Made by a program: the position numbers and the translations under genes. The notes beneath the pieces are model-generated. The model made no database searches, had not been told where the DNA came from, and was given only the letters and a program-made list of their open reading frames with translations. Shown one piece after another: positions 1 through 11,385 of a stretch of 64,000 bases of DNA. This DNA is from Leucoraja ocellata (lineage: Eukaryota). Location of the stretch: positions 9,424,001-9,488,000 of the forward strand of contig JAWMAR010000010.1 of assembly GCA_036785375.1 (NCBI GenBank). The letters are read 5' to 3'. Every line of letters starts with the position of its first letter. The stretch's first letter is position 1.

Positions 1-590
1 ATCACTATTCAAATTACTCTGGGTCCAATAACTGTAGTCGCCGTTACCCTGATAGTGCGCTGAATGGGCCAAATACAATCAAACGAGACAAGTCCATGAT
101 ACCCAACCAGTGGGATGAGTAGACTGCGTCGCTTTGTGTCTCCGTGTGAACCATTCTTATTTGGGGAGCGATATTCCCTCACGGCCCGCCTTGAAAAGCC
201 GCACCAACGTCCAAGTGAAAGTATACCCAAGATGGGTACAAGGCAAATCGATCTGAATTAATTTACTATCCGTTGATGTAATGTGATCCCAGCTAATTCC
301 CGATGTTGACGATTAATTCTTAATGTCTATCCTTGTCTCTTGCCCGTTCTAGACTCCATACCCAGAATTATACCCACGTACTTTGCTGGTCTCTCTGACG
401 GTGCTGGCTGCATCAGGTGCACTCTCGTTGCTTTGAACCATTTTTCGGAATTTTCGACAGACATATACCAATATATTATGATATTGCTTAGTGCTTGGTG
501 GAGCAGACAGTTCGTCACGCCGACCTATTTGGCGAAGATAGTCACTGCATAAGGGGAGGTTGCGAAAAGCTTCTCCTGGAACTTTGGCAC

Positions 591-1176
591 AGGGAGGTTT
601 CACGGCAGTCGGGTCACGACCCATGACCCGTACTGTTGCTACGCTACTCCAAATGGATTACACGCGATGAACTGCAGGTAGGCACTTACCATTGGTTCCA
701 GCGGAGCGGGCCCGTTAAAACCCGCTGAAATTGTCATTTTTTGCGCTGTAAATAATTATGGAAATCGGGATAAGCGTGTGAGACATTTAGCCTACTTCAG
801 AAATCCAAGGAATTCCAAAGGAATCAAGAAAAACACAAATAATGCCTTGTTAAAATGCAGTGAGCAAACGCGATAATTCCCAATATTTGAATGTTTACCA
901 AGCACTTTAGCTGCTGTAGTCCCTTCAGTTCTCGTTTCTCTATCCTTCATTTCGCTTCGCGTTTGGAATTATAAAGTTGGGTACATGTCTCTCACACTTA
1001 CTCCCACAATTTTTTTCAGCGCAAAAATTCAACATTTTGGCGGTTTTTAACAGGTAGGAAAGTACGCGTTTCTAGCATTAATAACATATACGGGAAGTGA
1101 CTGATGTCTTCCAGTTGGATTTAGCGGATCCGTGCGTCGAGCCCTATGATCCGGTGACCTTACGTGCAACCCCCCT
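591..1176. mobile_element. Non-autonomous DNA transposon (hAT-like ends), degraded
   Basis: Imperfect terminal inverted repeats AGGGAGGTTTCACG (591) and CGTGCAACCCCCCT (1176). The right end resembles 38970-39098, and the left TIR recurs inverted at 24859-24876. No TSD found. Confidence 0.5.
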
Positions 1177-1664
1177 AAACAAATGCACTCAAATATATAT
1201 GACCTTAACGTCATCGGCCAACCGAGCGCGCAATGGCCGCATAATCGAAGTGATTCCTATTCTACCAGCCAGTGGCGATTTGAGAGAAATCATCTTTCGG
1301 GAAATGGTGGAGCACGAAGAAATACGAGCGCGCATTTAGCGTAAGGTGCTGGTTCCTTCGAGAAACGAACATAGCAAAACAGGTTCGGCTTTATGAAGTT
1401 CCGCTTTTATTTGTGATTTAACAGAAAACACATTACGGAGAAGCTTTTAAAAACATAACACGAAGTGGTCAAAACAACTGAATTCCACACGAGAACGTGT
1501 ACACTCAACATTTAGCTCGAGAGTCGAAGGTTAGCTCTGAATTAAGGAAACGACAATTGTGCAGAAAAGGAGTAAATAGATATTTGCTGATACGTGGAAT
1601 GTGCGCACGCGTTTGTATTTTCGAGTATGTATTTACACATGCATTTACATTACATTTTATTTAC

Positions 1665-1885
1665 GGGACTTCGGTTAGGCCGCACTTGGAGTATAGTGTG
1701 GAGGGAATAATGTGGAGGCTTTGGAGAAGATGCAGAAGAGGTTTACTAAAATGCTGCAGGGTTTAGAGTTATTAGCAAAAAAGAAGTGGTTAGCTAAACA
1801 TGGATTGTTTTCTTTGGAGCATCGGAGGTTGAAGGAAGACCCGATAGAAGTGTTTAGAATAATGACAGGGATAGATAGTGTGTCT
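1665..1885 (+). mobile_element. Old CR1 LINE 3' fragment
   Basis: Translates to VRPHLEYSV / ALEKMQKRFTKML / LFSLEHRRL..D.IEVFRIMTGID, the CR1 ORF2 C-terminal motifs. Confidence 0.75.
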
Positions 1886-2183
1886 GAATTTAACATGAAG
1901 TTTGCGACCTCACGCAAACAGCGTTCCCGACACTCTATACAACGGCATTCAACACCGGAATGACTCGAATATGGCCCATGTAAATAAAAAGAATAGAAAA
2001 GTATAGAAAAAACGATTTTTTTAAAAAACCATGTATACCGTTTGAGAAAATCGACTTATTTTCACATGATATTCGAATTACGATTAAAATAGTTTGATAC
2101 GTTAACGATATACTAAAGGCGACTAAGCAATATCAAACAAGTCTGATCGATAGAATGAACTATTGCTTATGATATTGTTCGTT

Positions 2184-2326
2184 TCAGATTGGAACATTTC
2201 CCTTGGTTACAACGGATATTGTCCATGGACCGCTCAGGAAGAACAGGATAATGAAAGTGGGAGCGGTTGTCCAGATGTTGTCTCTGATTTCCTCATAGTC
2301 CTCAAGGCGAACGTCGTCGGCGTAAT
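2184..2326 (-). pseudogene. IGHM: Ig heavy-chain (IgM) transmembrane exon TM1, 3'-truncated
   Basis: Acceptor CCATAG| at 2327/2326, phase 1. Reads DYADDVRLEDYEEIRDNIWTTAPTFIILFFLS: an acidic spacer plus the WTTAxTFIxLFxLS Ig TM motif. Homology stops at 2232, and the expected xFYSxxVTLxK half and donor are missing. Confidence 0.8.
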
Positions 2327-2460
2327 CTATGGTTACACTTAGTCTTTTGGAACGCGTGGAAAACAACTGATTAAATGATCTGATTTGCCCTTCCGTTTGC
2401 CTGTAACTGGGTAGATGTGCGTGAATAAGTATAAGCTTGCTTAGATCCTAACATAGTTTT

Positions 2461-2948
2461 NNNNNNNNNNNNNNNNNNNNNNNNNNNNNNNNNNNNNNNN
2501 NNNNNNNNNNNNNNNNNNNNNNNNNNNNNNNNNNNNNNNNNNNNNNNNNNNNNNNNNNNNNNNNNNNNNNNNNNNNNNNNNNNNNNNNNNNNNNNNNNNN
2601 NNNNNNNNNNNNNNNNNNNNNNNNNNNNNNNNNNNNNNNNNNNNNNNNNNNNNNNNNNNNNNNNNNNNNNNNNNNNNNNNNNNNNNNNNNNNNNNNNNNN
2701 NNNNNNNNNNNNNNNNNNNNNNNNNNNNNNNNNNNNNNNNNNNNNNNNNNNNNNNNNNNNNNNNNNNNNNNNNNNNNNNNNNNNNNNNNNNNNNNNNNNN
2801 NNNNNNNNNNNNNNNNNNNNNNNNNNNNNNNNNNNNNNNNNNNNNNNNNNNNNNNNNNNNNNNNNNNNNNNNNNNNNNNNNNNNNNNNNNNNNNNNNNNN
2901 NNNNNNNNNNNNNNNNNNNNNNNNNNNNNNNNNNNNNNNNNNNNNNNN
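2461..2948. other. Assembly gap (488 N)
   Basis: Run of N. Confidence 1.
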
Positions 2949-3756
2949 GTGTATATAATGCATGTGTTGTAGAAAATCTGTTTCAACATCAATCAGCATT
3001 TGTGAAGAAGAAATATATTATATGAGTCAACATATCTGCTAACGTGTATTGTCACGGGGAATTTGCTGTGAAAGTCCATTGGTATTAAAGTGAGCGCCTA
3101 AATGTATTTGTGTTGTATTAAAGGTTTTTTTTTAATTTTGTGTGCAAATATGTGCTTTTAGTTAACCGTTCCTATTATTTTGCATTTCACATTATGTTTG
3201 ATTGCTGGTCTGTTTAGGTGGATGACCATGTACTATGGTGTATATATGTCGTTAATTGCTTTGTATGTATGTTTCTATGCGATACATACATTATTTTATT
3301 TTCGTGCGCTGGCTGATGTTTTGTGATTAGTATGCTTCGTGTACATCTGGGGGAGAGCTGGAAACGGATTTGCCCTTGTCTAAAGCACGAGCTGGGTGCA
3401 AATAAATCTCTCGCCGCATCTGATATTGGGCTCGAAGTACGTGTTCCCACCAGCCACTCATAGCGGTTGTCCCATCAATCGCCTGCACACATTATCAGGG
3501 GTGATGACCGTTTATTAACTGAGCGCCACAGTGTTCTCGACCCGAAATTAAATGGCCCACTTCTTCATGGGTATGATCTATTCTGGTGACACTTTATTCT
3601 TGGTCTTTGTTGCACTTAGGTGTACTTGGAATTACGTTGCTTTCATTGCATTGATATCGGCTGTTTCGACTGCGTTCCTGAAGACTTTCAGCGATAACAT
3701 TGTCTTTTCATTAGTATATAGAGGTTCCACTCTCATTCCTTCTTTTTGAACGCGTT

Positions 3757-3811
3757 TGTGTGTGTGTGCGTGAGTGTGCGTGAGTGTGTGCGTGAGTGTG
3801 TGTCTGAGTGA

Positions 3812-3897
<86 letters not shown>

Positions 3898-3972
3898 ACT
3901 TGTCTGCGTGTGTGTATGTGCGCGTGTGTGTATGTTTGTGAGTGTGTGTGTGTGTACGTGAGTGTGTGTGTG
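3757..3972. repeat. (TG)n microsatellite, compound
   Basis: Directly visible dinucleotide repeat. Confidence 0.95.
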
Positions 3973-4527
3973 TTTATAATGTTAATCCTCGTGCAATTGT
4001 GTGCAAATATGTTGAGTACATGGCACTATGTAAAGGTTTCATGTGATTTTGCAGATGGGTGTTTCGATAATAAGACAGTGCATGCGCATTTCAATCTACA
4101 TGTGGAAATAGAAATGTGTGCAGAAATATGCGTGACAGACGCACTGCAAATTGCCCGTTCCCCTCATGCGGGTGGAGGAGGGTGGGTTGCTACTTTTTTT
4201 CTCTGAGCGGCAGGCCCTACTAAGCGCGACGTCTCAGATCCTGCCTCAGGTCTGATTGGATTGGAAACAGGAGAAGGAGGGAAACGGAGATCCAAATACA
4301 TGGACCCATATCTGCCCAGCAAGAGCAATAATGTTGAAGTGTGTCCGCGATCAGCTGTGACTTATCTCCAAAACCCCGAGGTTACTGTGCAGTCTGCATC
4401 CGTTTTCCGTGAATTGTCGCCAAGATTTTCAAGTATCAACGTTAATATACCGTCATCGTTTTGGCAAATGTTCTATACAATTCATTGGGTGGCCACGTGT
4501 CCAGCTCAAGATTTGAAGTTAAAGGTA

Positions 4528-4547
4528 TTTATTTATTAGTATTTATT
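4528..4547 (-). terminator. Candidate polyadenylation signals of the secretory IgM transcript
   Basis: Three AATAAA hexamers on the minus strand, 20-40 nt past the tailpiece stop. Confidence 0.45.
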
Positions 4548-4567
4548 TCAGCGAAAATTGAAACGAA

Positions 4568-4951
4568 TTAATTCTCATTGACAGTGTCCATCAATACAAG
4601 AGAAACGTTGACAAAACTGGGTTTACCGCTGGACATATTGACCGTTCTGCCGATGGTCTTCATGGGGAGTGCTTCGTGCCCCACCAGACAGGAGAAGGAG
4701 TACTCCGCTAGCCCACTGCTCTACCCCAACGGATAACAGGCTGTAAGTGAAGAAGGTGTCATTGCCGTTCTTCGCCACCGCCTCGGTGTTCCGGTACTTG
4801 CTCCATTGCTTGTCATCAACTGTTCACGCGACGAAGATCCTGCGAGGGGAGAATCCTCTCACAAAGCAGGTGAGGATGATAGTCTTGTGCGCGGAGATTT
4901 CTTCTGTCGGCGGCAGAAGGACTGAGACGGACAGGGTCAGCAGATGTTCAC
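4568..4951 (-). pseudogene. IGHM: IgM heavy-chain Cmu4 exon plus secretory tailpiece, pseudogene
   Basis: Acceptor CCGTAG| at 4952/4951. Reads ..[101 protein letters not shown]. It has the Ig C1-set Cys pair and the shark-type IgM tail GKPSFVNxSL. The conserved Trp is a TGA (4824-4826), there is a frameshift near 4700, the tail Cys is absent, and the TM donor G|GTAAA at 4627/4626 is intact. Confidence 0.9.
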
Positions 4952-5149
4952 CTACGGAACAATTCAAACGGCGTTTATTATACAAGACGTTTAAACCGAT
5001 TAAAAGCTAATATTCGTACGTGAGTAAACTGCCAACAGGCAGTATTAACGGTATTGCATTCCCCTTTAGTGACTTGTCTCTTTGTTCAGCCAAGTACACC
5101 CGAATGTGCGTCTCGTCGGTGCACGGCAGAAGATGTGTATGAAATCGGA

Positions 5150-5565
5150 AGTGTCAATGCTGCAGTTGAACAAAGTGGATTATGAAGGCATGAGAGAGGA
5201 GCTGGCCGAGGTAGACTGGAAAGGGATCCTAGCAGGAATGACGGTTGGACAGCAATGGCAGGAATGTCTGGGCACAGGATCATTTCATTCCAAATAGGAA
5301 GAAAGATTCCAAGGGGAGTAGGAGGCAACTGTGGATAACAAGAGAAGTTAGGGATAGAATAAAACTAAAATAAATGATGTACAACACAGCAAAGAGCAGC
5401 TGGAAGATAGAGGATTGGGAAACTTTCATTGGACAACAGAAGGAAACAAAACGGGCAATATGGGCTAAAAAGATGAAGTATGAGGGGAAGCTGGCCAGGA
5501 ATATAAAGAAGGACAGTAAAAGCTTCCTTAGATGTTTTAAGGGAAAGAGAATAGCAAAGTCAAAT
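5150..5565 (+). mobile_element. CR1 LINE ORF2 fragment (old)
   Basis: YEGMREELAEVDW..., YEGKLARNIKKDSKSF, homologous to ORF2 at 11386-14322. Confidence 0.8.
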
Positions 5566-6027
5566 GGTAGGGATGAAGATCCAGACTGGACTGCATATGG
5601 AATGTGCAGCATGCATAATGTGTGTGGTGATGGATATAGTAAAGGCAGGCTAATATGGTTAATCTACAGTGAGAGACTGAAAAAACCGAGATAGTTGAAA
5701 TCGTATTCTGCCACCTATCCAGTAAAGGGGAGAGGAAAAGTGGTGAATGGGTGAAGGGTGAGAGTAAGAGGGTAAAACAGAATATTTGGGAGGTACAGTA
5801 TAAGGGGAGAGAGTGCGAGGGGGAGGAATAGATAGAGGGGTCAGGAATAAGGTAGAGAGTGAAGAGAGGTAGAGTGACAGGGAAGAAAGAGAGAGGGGAA
5901 AGAAGGATGCTAAATGGAGGCAAACACGAAGGAGGTGTTAGGGAGGGAATATGCGGGAGGATAGTAGAGAGGTTCAAATAAGGAGGAAGGTAGGGAGAGA
6001 GGAATGTCAAGGACAGGGCATAGCGAG

Positions 6028-6880
6028 ATAGACAATAGACAATTGACTATAGGCGCAGGAGTAGGCCATTTGGCCCTTTGAGCCAGCACCGCCATTCAAT
6101 GTGGTCATGGCTGATAATCTACAATCAGTACCTTGTTCCTGCCTTCTCCCCATATCCCGACTCCGCTATCCTTAAGAGCCCTATCTAGCTCTCTCTCTTG
6201 AAAGTATCAAGAGAACCGGCGTCCACCACCCTCTGAGGCAGAGAATTTCACAGACTAACAATTCCCTGTGAAAAAGTGTTTCCTCATCTCCGTTCCAAAT
6301 GGCTTACCCCTTATACTTAAGCTGTGGCCCCTGGTTCTGGACTCCTCCAACAACGGGGACACGTTTCCTCTGCCTCTCGCGTGTCCAAACCCTTGATAAT
6401 CTTATATGTTTCAATAAGATTCCCTCTCATCCTTTTAATTTCCAGAGTGTACAAGCCGAGCTGCTCCATTCTCTCAGCATATGACAGTCCCGCCATCCCG
6501 GGTATTAACCTTGTGAAACTAGGCTGCACTCCCTCAATACCTAAATAAGCTTTTACTATCCTCCTTTATATTCTTGGCTAGCTTACCTTCGTACCTCATA
6601 TTTTCTCCCCGTATTGCCTTTTTCATTATCTTCTGTTGCTCTTTGACATTACCCAATCCTCTGGCTTCCCGGTGATCTTTGCTATGCTGTACTTCTCACA
6701 TATTATGGTCACTACCTCCTAATGGCTCCATAACCTCAAGTTCCTTTACCAAATCGGGTTCCTTACACAACACTAAATCCAGAATTGCCTTCTCCCAGGT
6801 AGGCTCCAGTACAAGCTGCTCTAAGAATCCACCAACTCCCTTTCTTGGGGTCCAGTACCAGATAGTTAGAAATTGAGGTT
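6028..6880 (-). mobile_element. Rearranged CR1 LINE fragments (3' end plus EN-region pieces)
   Basis: RFTRLIPGMAGLSY..LGLY; EPT.EKAILDLVLC..EPLGGSDHNM; CR1 3'UTR with a (GACAATA)-type tail at ~6030. Confidence 0.8.
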
Positions 6881-8172
6881 CCATATAACCATATAACCAT
6901 TACAGCACGGAAACAGGCCATCTCGGCCCTACAAGTCCGTGCCGAACAATTTTTCCCCCCTTAGTCCCACCTGCCTGCACTCATACCATAACCCTCCATT
7001 CCCTTCTCATCCATATGCCTATCCAATTTATTTTTAAATGATACCAATGAACCTGCCTCCACCACTTCCACTGGAAGCTCAATCCACACCGCTGCCACTC
7101 TCTGAGTAAAGAAGTTCCCCTCATATTACCCCTAAACTTCTGTCCCTTAATTCTGAAGTAATGTCCTCTTGTTTGAATCTTCCCTATTCTCAAAGGGAAA
7201 AGCTTGTCCACATCAACTCTGTCTATCCCTCTCATCATTTTAAAGACCTCTATCAAGTCCCCCCCTTAACCTTCTGCGCTCCAGAGAATAAAGACCTAAC
7301 TTATTCAACCTATCTCTGTAACTTAGTTGTTGAAACCCAGGCAACATTTTAGTAAATCTCCTCTGTACTCTCTCTATTTTGTTGCCATCCTTCCTATAAT
7401 TGGGCGACCAAAATTGTACACCATACTCCAGATTTGGTCTCACCAATGCCTTGTACAATTTTAACATTACATCCCAGCTTCTATACTCAATGCTCTGATT
7501 TATAAAGGCTAGCATACCAAAAGCTTTCTTTACCACCCTATCTATATGAGATTCCACCTTCAAGGAACTATGCATGGTTATACCCAGATCCCTCTGTTCA
7601 ACTGTATTCTTCAATTCCCTACCATTTACCATGTACGTCCTATTTTGATTTGTCCTGCCAAGGTGTAGCACCTCACATTTATCAGCATTAAACTCCATCT
7701 GCCATCTTTCAGCCCATTTTTCCAAATGGCCTAAATCACTCTGTAGACTTTGGAAATCCTCTTCATTATCCACAACACCCCCTATCTTGGTATCATCTGC
7801 ATACTTACTAATCCAATTTACCACACCTTCATCCAGATCATTGATGTACATGACAAACAACAAAGGACCCAACACAGATCCCTGAGGCACCCCACTAGTC
7901 ACCTGCCTCCAACCCGATAAACAGCCATCCACCATTACCCTCTGGCTTCTCCCATTCAGCCACTGTTGAATCCATCTTGCTATTCCTGCATTTATACCCG
8001 ACAGTTGAACCTTCTTAACCAACCTTCCATGAGAAACCTTGTCAAAGGCCTTACTAAAGTCCATATAGACAACGTCCACTGCTTTATCCTCGTCAATTTC
8101 CCTAGTAACCTCTTCAAAAAATTCAACAAGATTAGTCAAACATGACCTTCCAGGCACAAATCCATGTTGAAT
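6881..8172 (-). mobile_element. 5'-truncated CR1 LINE, second subfamily with (ATATGGTT)n tail
   Basis: RT ORF QHGFVPGRSCLTNL..GVPQGSVLGP..YADD; tail CCATATAACCATATAACCAT on + at 6881-6900. Confidence 0.92.
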
Positions 8173-8174
8173 TC

Positions 8175-9000
8175 CGTGGGATATAGTGAAGAGAAAGGGT
8201 GAGAGAGAAAGATGAGGCAAGGATTCAGAGATGGAAAGTTAAAGATAATGGGGAGGTGGACAGGTGAACGAGCGACGGGAGATGGGGAGAACGCCAAGAC
8301 GTCGAAAGGGGAATATAGTGAGAGAGAATGCTGGAGAGAGGTGGCACGAGTGAGTGAAAGCAAATGTGCTCATTATGAATGAGAGAATGAGCATGGGGTA
8401 AGATACAAGCCGGTGGGGGGGGAGTGAGCGAAAAAGAAAGGCTGATGGAGTAAGATAAGGTTGGAGAGAGAAATCGAGAGGGACATGAAGTGAGAGTGAG
8501 AAGTGAGCCAGATACGGAGTGAGAGGGATTGCGAGTAGGAAAGATGGTGAGTGGGAAAGAGATATGTAGTGTGAGAGAGGGAATGGGAGATATATCGATT
8601 GAGTGTGGGAGAAGGTCGTGGGAGAGAGATCTCGAAGCGAGGCGGGGAGGAGAGTTGGTGAAGACAGATAAAACGATAGAGTGATAGGAGAAATGGAGAA
8701 AGGGAGGAAATGGAAGAGGGAGAATGAAGGGATGGGTGAGGGACAATAGGAAAGTGGAAGGGAGAAGGGAGGTCAGAGCGCCTGGATAGGAGGTGATTGT
8801 TAGTCAATGGGACAGAAGAGGAGAGAGTTGTGTCAGGGTGATACAGGGAAAGCGAGGGGGAGATACATCAAGAGCCGGAGGAGGGGTGGGGTAAGGGAAA
8901 GACGACTGGTTGTAGCAGAGGAAAGGTGCAGAGAGAGATGAGAGAGACTGTCAGAGAGAGCCGCCAGAGAGTGTGAATAAAAATAAGGAATGGAGTGCAG
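8175..9000. repeat. Purine-rich (GA) low-complexity tract, similar to 5720-6030
   Basis: Strong A/G strand bias with no clear repeat unit. Confidence 0.7.
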
Positions 9001-9447
9001 GGAGTTGTATCATTTTTGGACAAGTCTCTGTTGCTCTCTGGATGTCGCGAGACTCTGCGATATTCCTCCTCTGGGTTAATGACGGCAGATAATTGTATTG
9101 TCCGAGGCAAAGCCAGATACATTCGAAGTCAGCAAGGAATGAATGGGTAACGTTGGCGCTGGAAGTGTGTTGCTGTGATGAGCAGCGATCAAAATGAGTG
9201 GCGAAGCCGATTGACGAAGGCGATCTGTTGGACTAATTCCTAACCTGTGGACAAAAGTCACCCCGTCGATCTTCAGACTGCGCGCCCGAAGTATCGACGG
9301 TCTCCATGGATGTTGGGATTGCCTTGGTAAGTGAAGCGGATTGAAGGAAATTAGACAAACAACACGTTGGAGAGTTGGATCTGATGGAGTTTGAAAGAAT
9401 ATCCCCTTTGCTGGAACAATGCCAGTCTGAAGAAGAGTCTCGACCCG

Positions 9448-10278
9448 AAACATAGAAACATAGAAATTAGGTGCAGGAGTAGGCCATTCGGCCCTTCGAG
9501 CCTGCACCTCCATTCAATATGATCATGGCTGATCATCCAACTCAGTATCCCGTACCTGCCTTCTCTCCATACCCTCTGATCCCTTTAGCCACAAGGGCCA
9601 CATCTAACTCCCTCTTAAATATAGCCAATGAACTGGCCTCAACTACCCTCTGTGGCAGAGTTCCAGAGATTCACCACTCTCTGTGTGAAAAAAGTTCTTC
9701 TCATCTCGGTTTTAAAGGATTTCCCCCTTATCCTTAAGCTGTGACCCTTGTCCTGGACTTCCCCAACATCGGGACCAATGTTCCTGCATCTAGCCTGTCC
9801 TACCCCTTAAGAATTGTGTAAGTTTCTATAAGATCCCCTCTCAATCTCCTAAATTCTAGAGAGTATAAACCAAGTCTATCCAGTCTTTCTTCATAAGACA
9901 GTCCTGACATCCCAGGAATCAGTCTGGTGAACCTTCTCTGCACTCCCTCTATGGCAACAATGTCCTTCCTCAGATTTGGAGACCAAAACTGTACGCAATA
10001 CTCCAGGTGTGGTTTCACCAAGACCCTGTACAACTGCATTAGAACCTCCCTGCTCCTATACTCAAATCTTTTTGCTATGAAAGCCAACATACCATTCGCT
10101 TTCTTTACTGCCTGCTGCACCTGCATGCCTACCTTCAATGGTGTAGCATGACACCCAGGTCTCGCTGCATCTCCCACTTTCCCAATCGGCCACCATTTAG
10201 ATAATAGTCTGCTTTCCCGTTGTTGCCACCAAAATGGATAACCTCACATTTATCCACATTATACTGCATCTGCCAAAC
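9448..10278 (-). mobile_element. 5'-truncated young CR1 (HER1-like) LINE inserted in a Penelope-type repeat
   Basis: (CATAGAAA)n tail at 9448-9466; near-identical to the 3' end of the 11283-15925 element; host repeat resumes at 10279. Confidence 0.9.
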
Positions 10279-10621
10279 GACGCCTATTCCTTCTCTCCAG
10301 AGATGCTGCCTGACCTGCTGACTGAGTTACTCCAGCATTTTGTGTCTTACCCACTCCCAATTTCCGTCCTCAGTATCGCCACAGTATCCTAGTCGTTGCA
10401 ATTTCGCAATCAATTCCCTGAATTATTCACAGCAGGGATTGCAATTGGCTGAAGTAATGTCTTTGCGAATAATTACGCAATCTCTATTTTTAATTCTGTT
10501 GAAACTGCACTGTCCCAGTGGAGACGCTAAACGGCATAAAATCTCCAGGAATGATCTGCCACAGAATTTCATTCCGAGAGATTTCCAGTACCGCATGAGG
10601 ACACGTCGATCGGCAGAGAAA

Positions 10622-10688
10622 ATGCTTAACGAATATCACACTGCCGCGAAAATATTATACGTGGTCATTGCTGTCGTTGGAGTCCCTG
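10622..10688 (+). CDS. GPR139: GPR139/GPR142-like orphan class A GPCR, coding exon 1 (alternative in-frame ATG at 10595)
   Basis: MLNEYHTAAKILYVVIAVVGVP followed by a phase-1 donor G|GTAAGT. Joins exon 2 in frame to give the TM1 motif GVPANIVAIVIL. Symbol is family-level, not orthology. Confidence 0.85.
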
Positions 10689-11385
10689 GTAAGTAAGCAA
10701 AACAATTCAAGTTTTAGAACTCAGTTTGCTAACTAGAGTTGACAGTATTCGTATTTTGTTGCAAGCTTCCAAACTGATCGTCGTTGGAAAAGAGTTAGTC
10801 AATGCCATAAATTCTTTCTGTTAAATATCCTGACTTTTTGCTGTTGTTTTTAATTATTTTCTAACATTGGAAACTAACCTTTTTCTATACCTGCCGTGAC
10901 CCATTGGAATGCAATTCTTACCTTCAGTGGAACCTTGCCCAGATTTAACCCAGCGCCCGGGACAGGCATGGTGTGAATGGGAGGGGTTTACATTGCGACG
11001 TTCACTGTGTCTGAGTTATTGATCGGAGTAAACAGCCGGTCCCGTGGACATGTCTCACTATGGTATCTATCACAGTCGATTACACCGCCTGATGATCAGT
11101 AATTGGATTGATCACCTGAAACAAATCCCGTGGATTTACCGGCGTGTGTTGTTACCGACTGGAAATCACTGTGGATGGAATCAATTAACGCAGCCACTCT
11201 GCTGCTGGATAGTAAGTTGGCCCTGTCTTTCCATTGGAGCCCTCGCAGTCCCCATCAGATGCCGAGTTCCGTGAGCCCTGGTAAAACATAGAAACATAGA
11301 AACATAGAAATTAGGTGCAGGAGTAGGCCATTCGGCCCTTCGAGCCTGCACCGCCATTTAATATGATCATGGCTGATCATCCAAC

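Noticed and set aside
1-240. Faint Ig-domain-like patterns on either strand
   Set aside because: They need several frameshifts and stop read-throughs; not distinguishable from chance.
2441-2999. 183-aa ORFs in the ORF track
   Set aside because: Artefacts of the N gap.
3527-3556. CACAGTG heptamer near the Ig remnant (also CACTGTG at 11003)
   Set aside because: No acceptable nonamer at 12 or 23 nt spacing and no V/D/J coding flank.
3711-4206. HT-repeat and CV-repeat ORFs
   Set aside because: Translations of the (TG)n microsatellite.
9088-9335. Two small AG..GT-bounded segments upstream of the GPCR
   Set aside because: No recognisable protein in any frame; could be UTR exons but there is no support.
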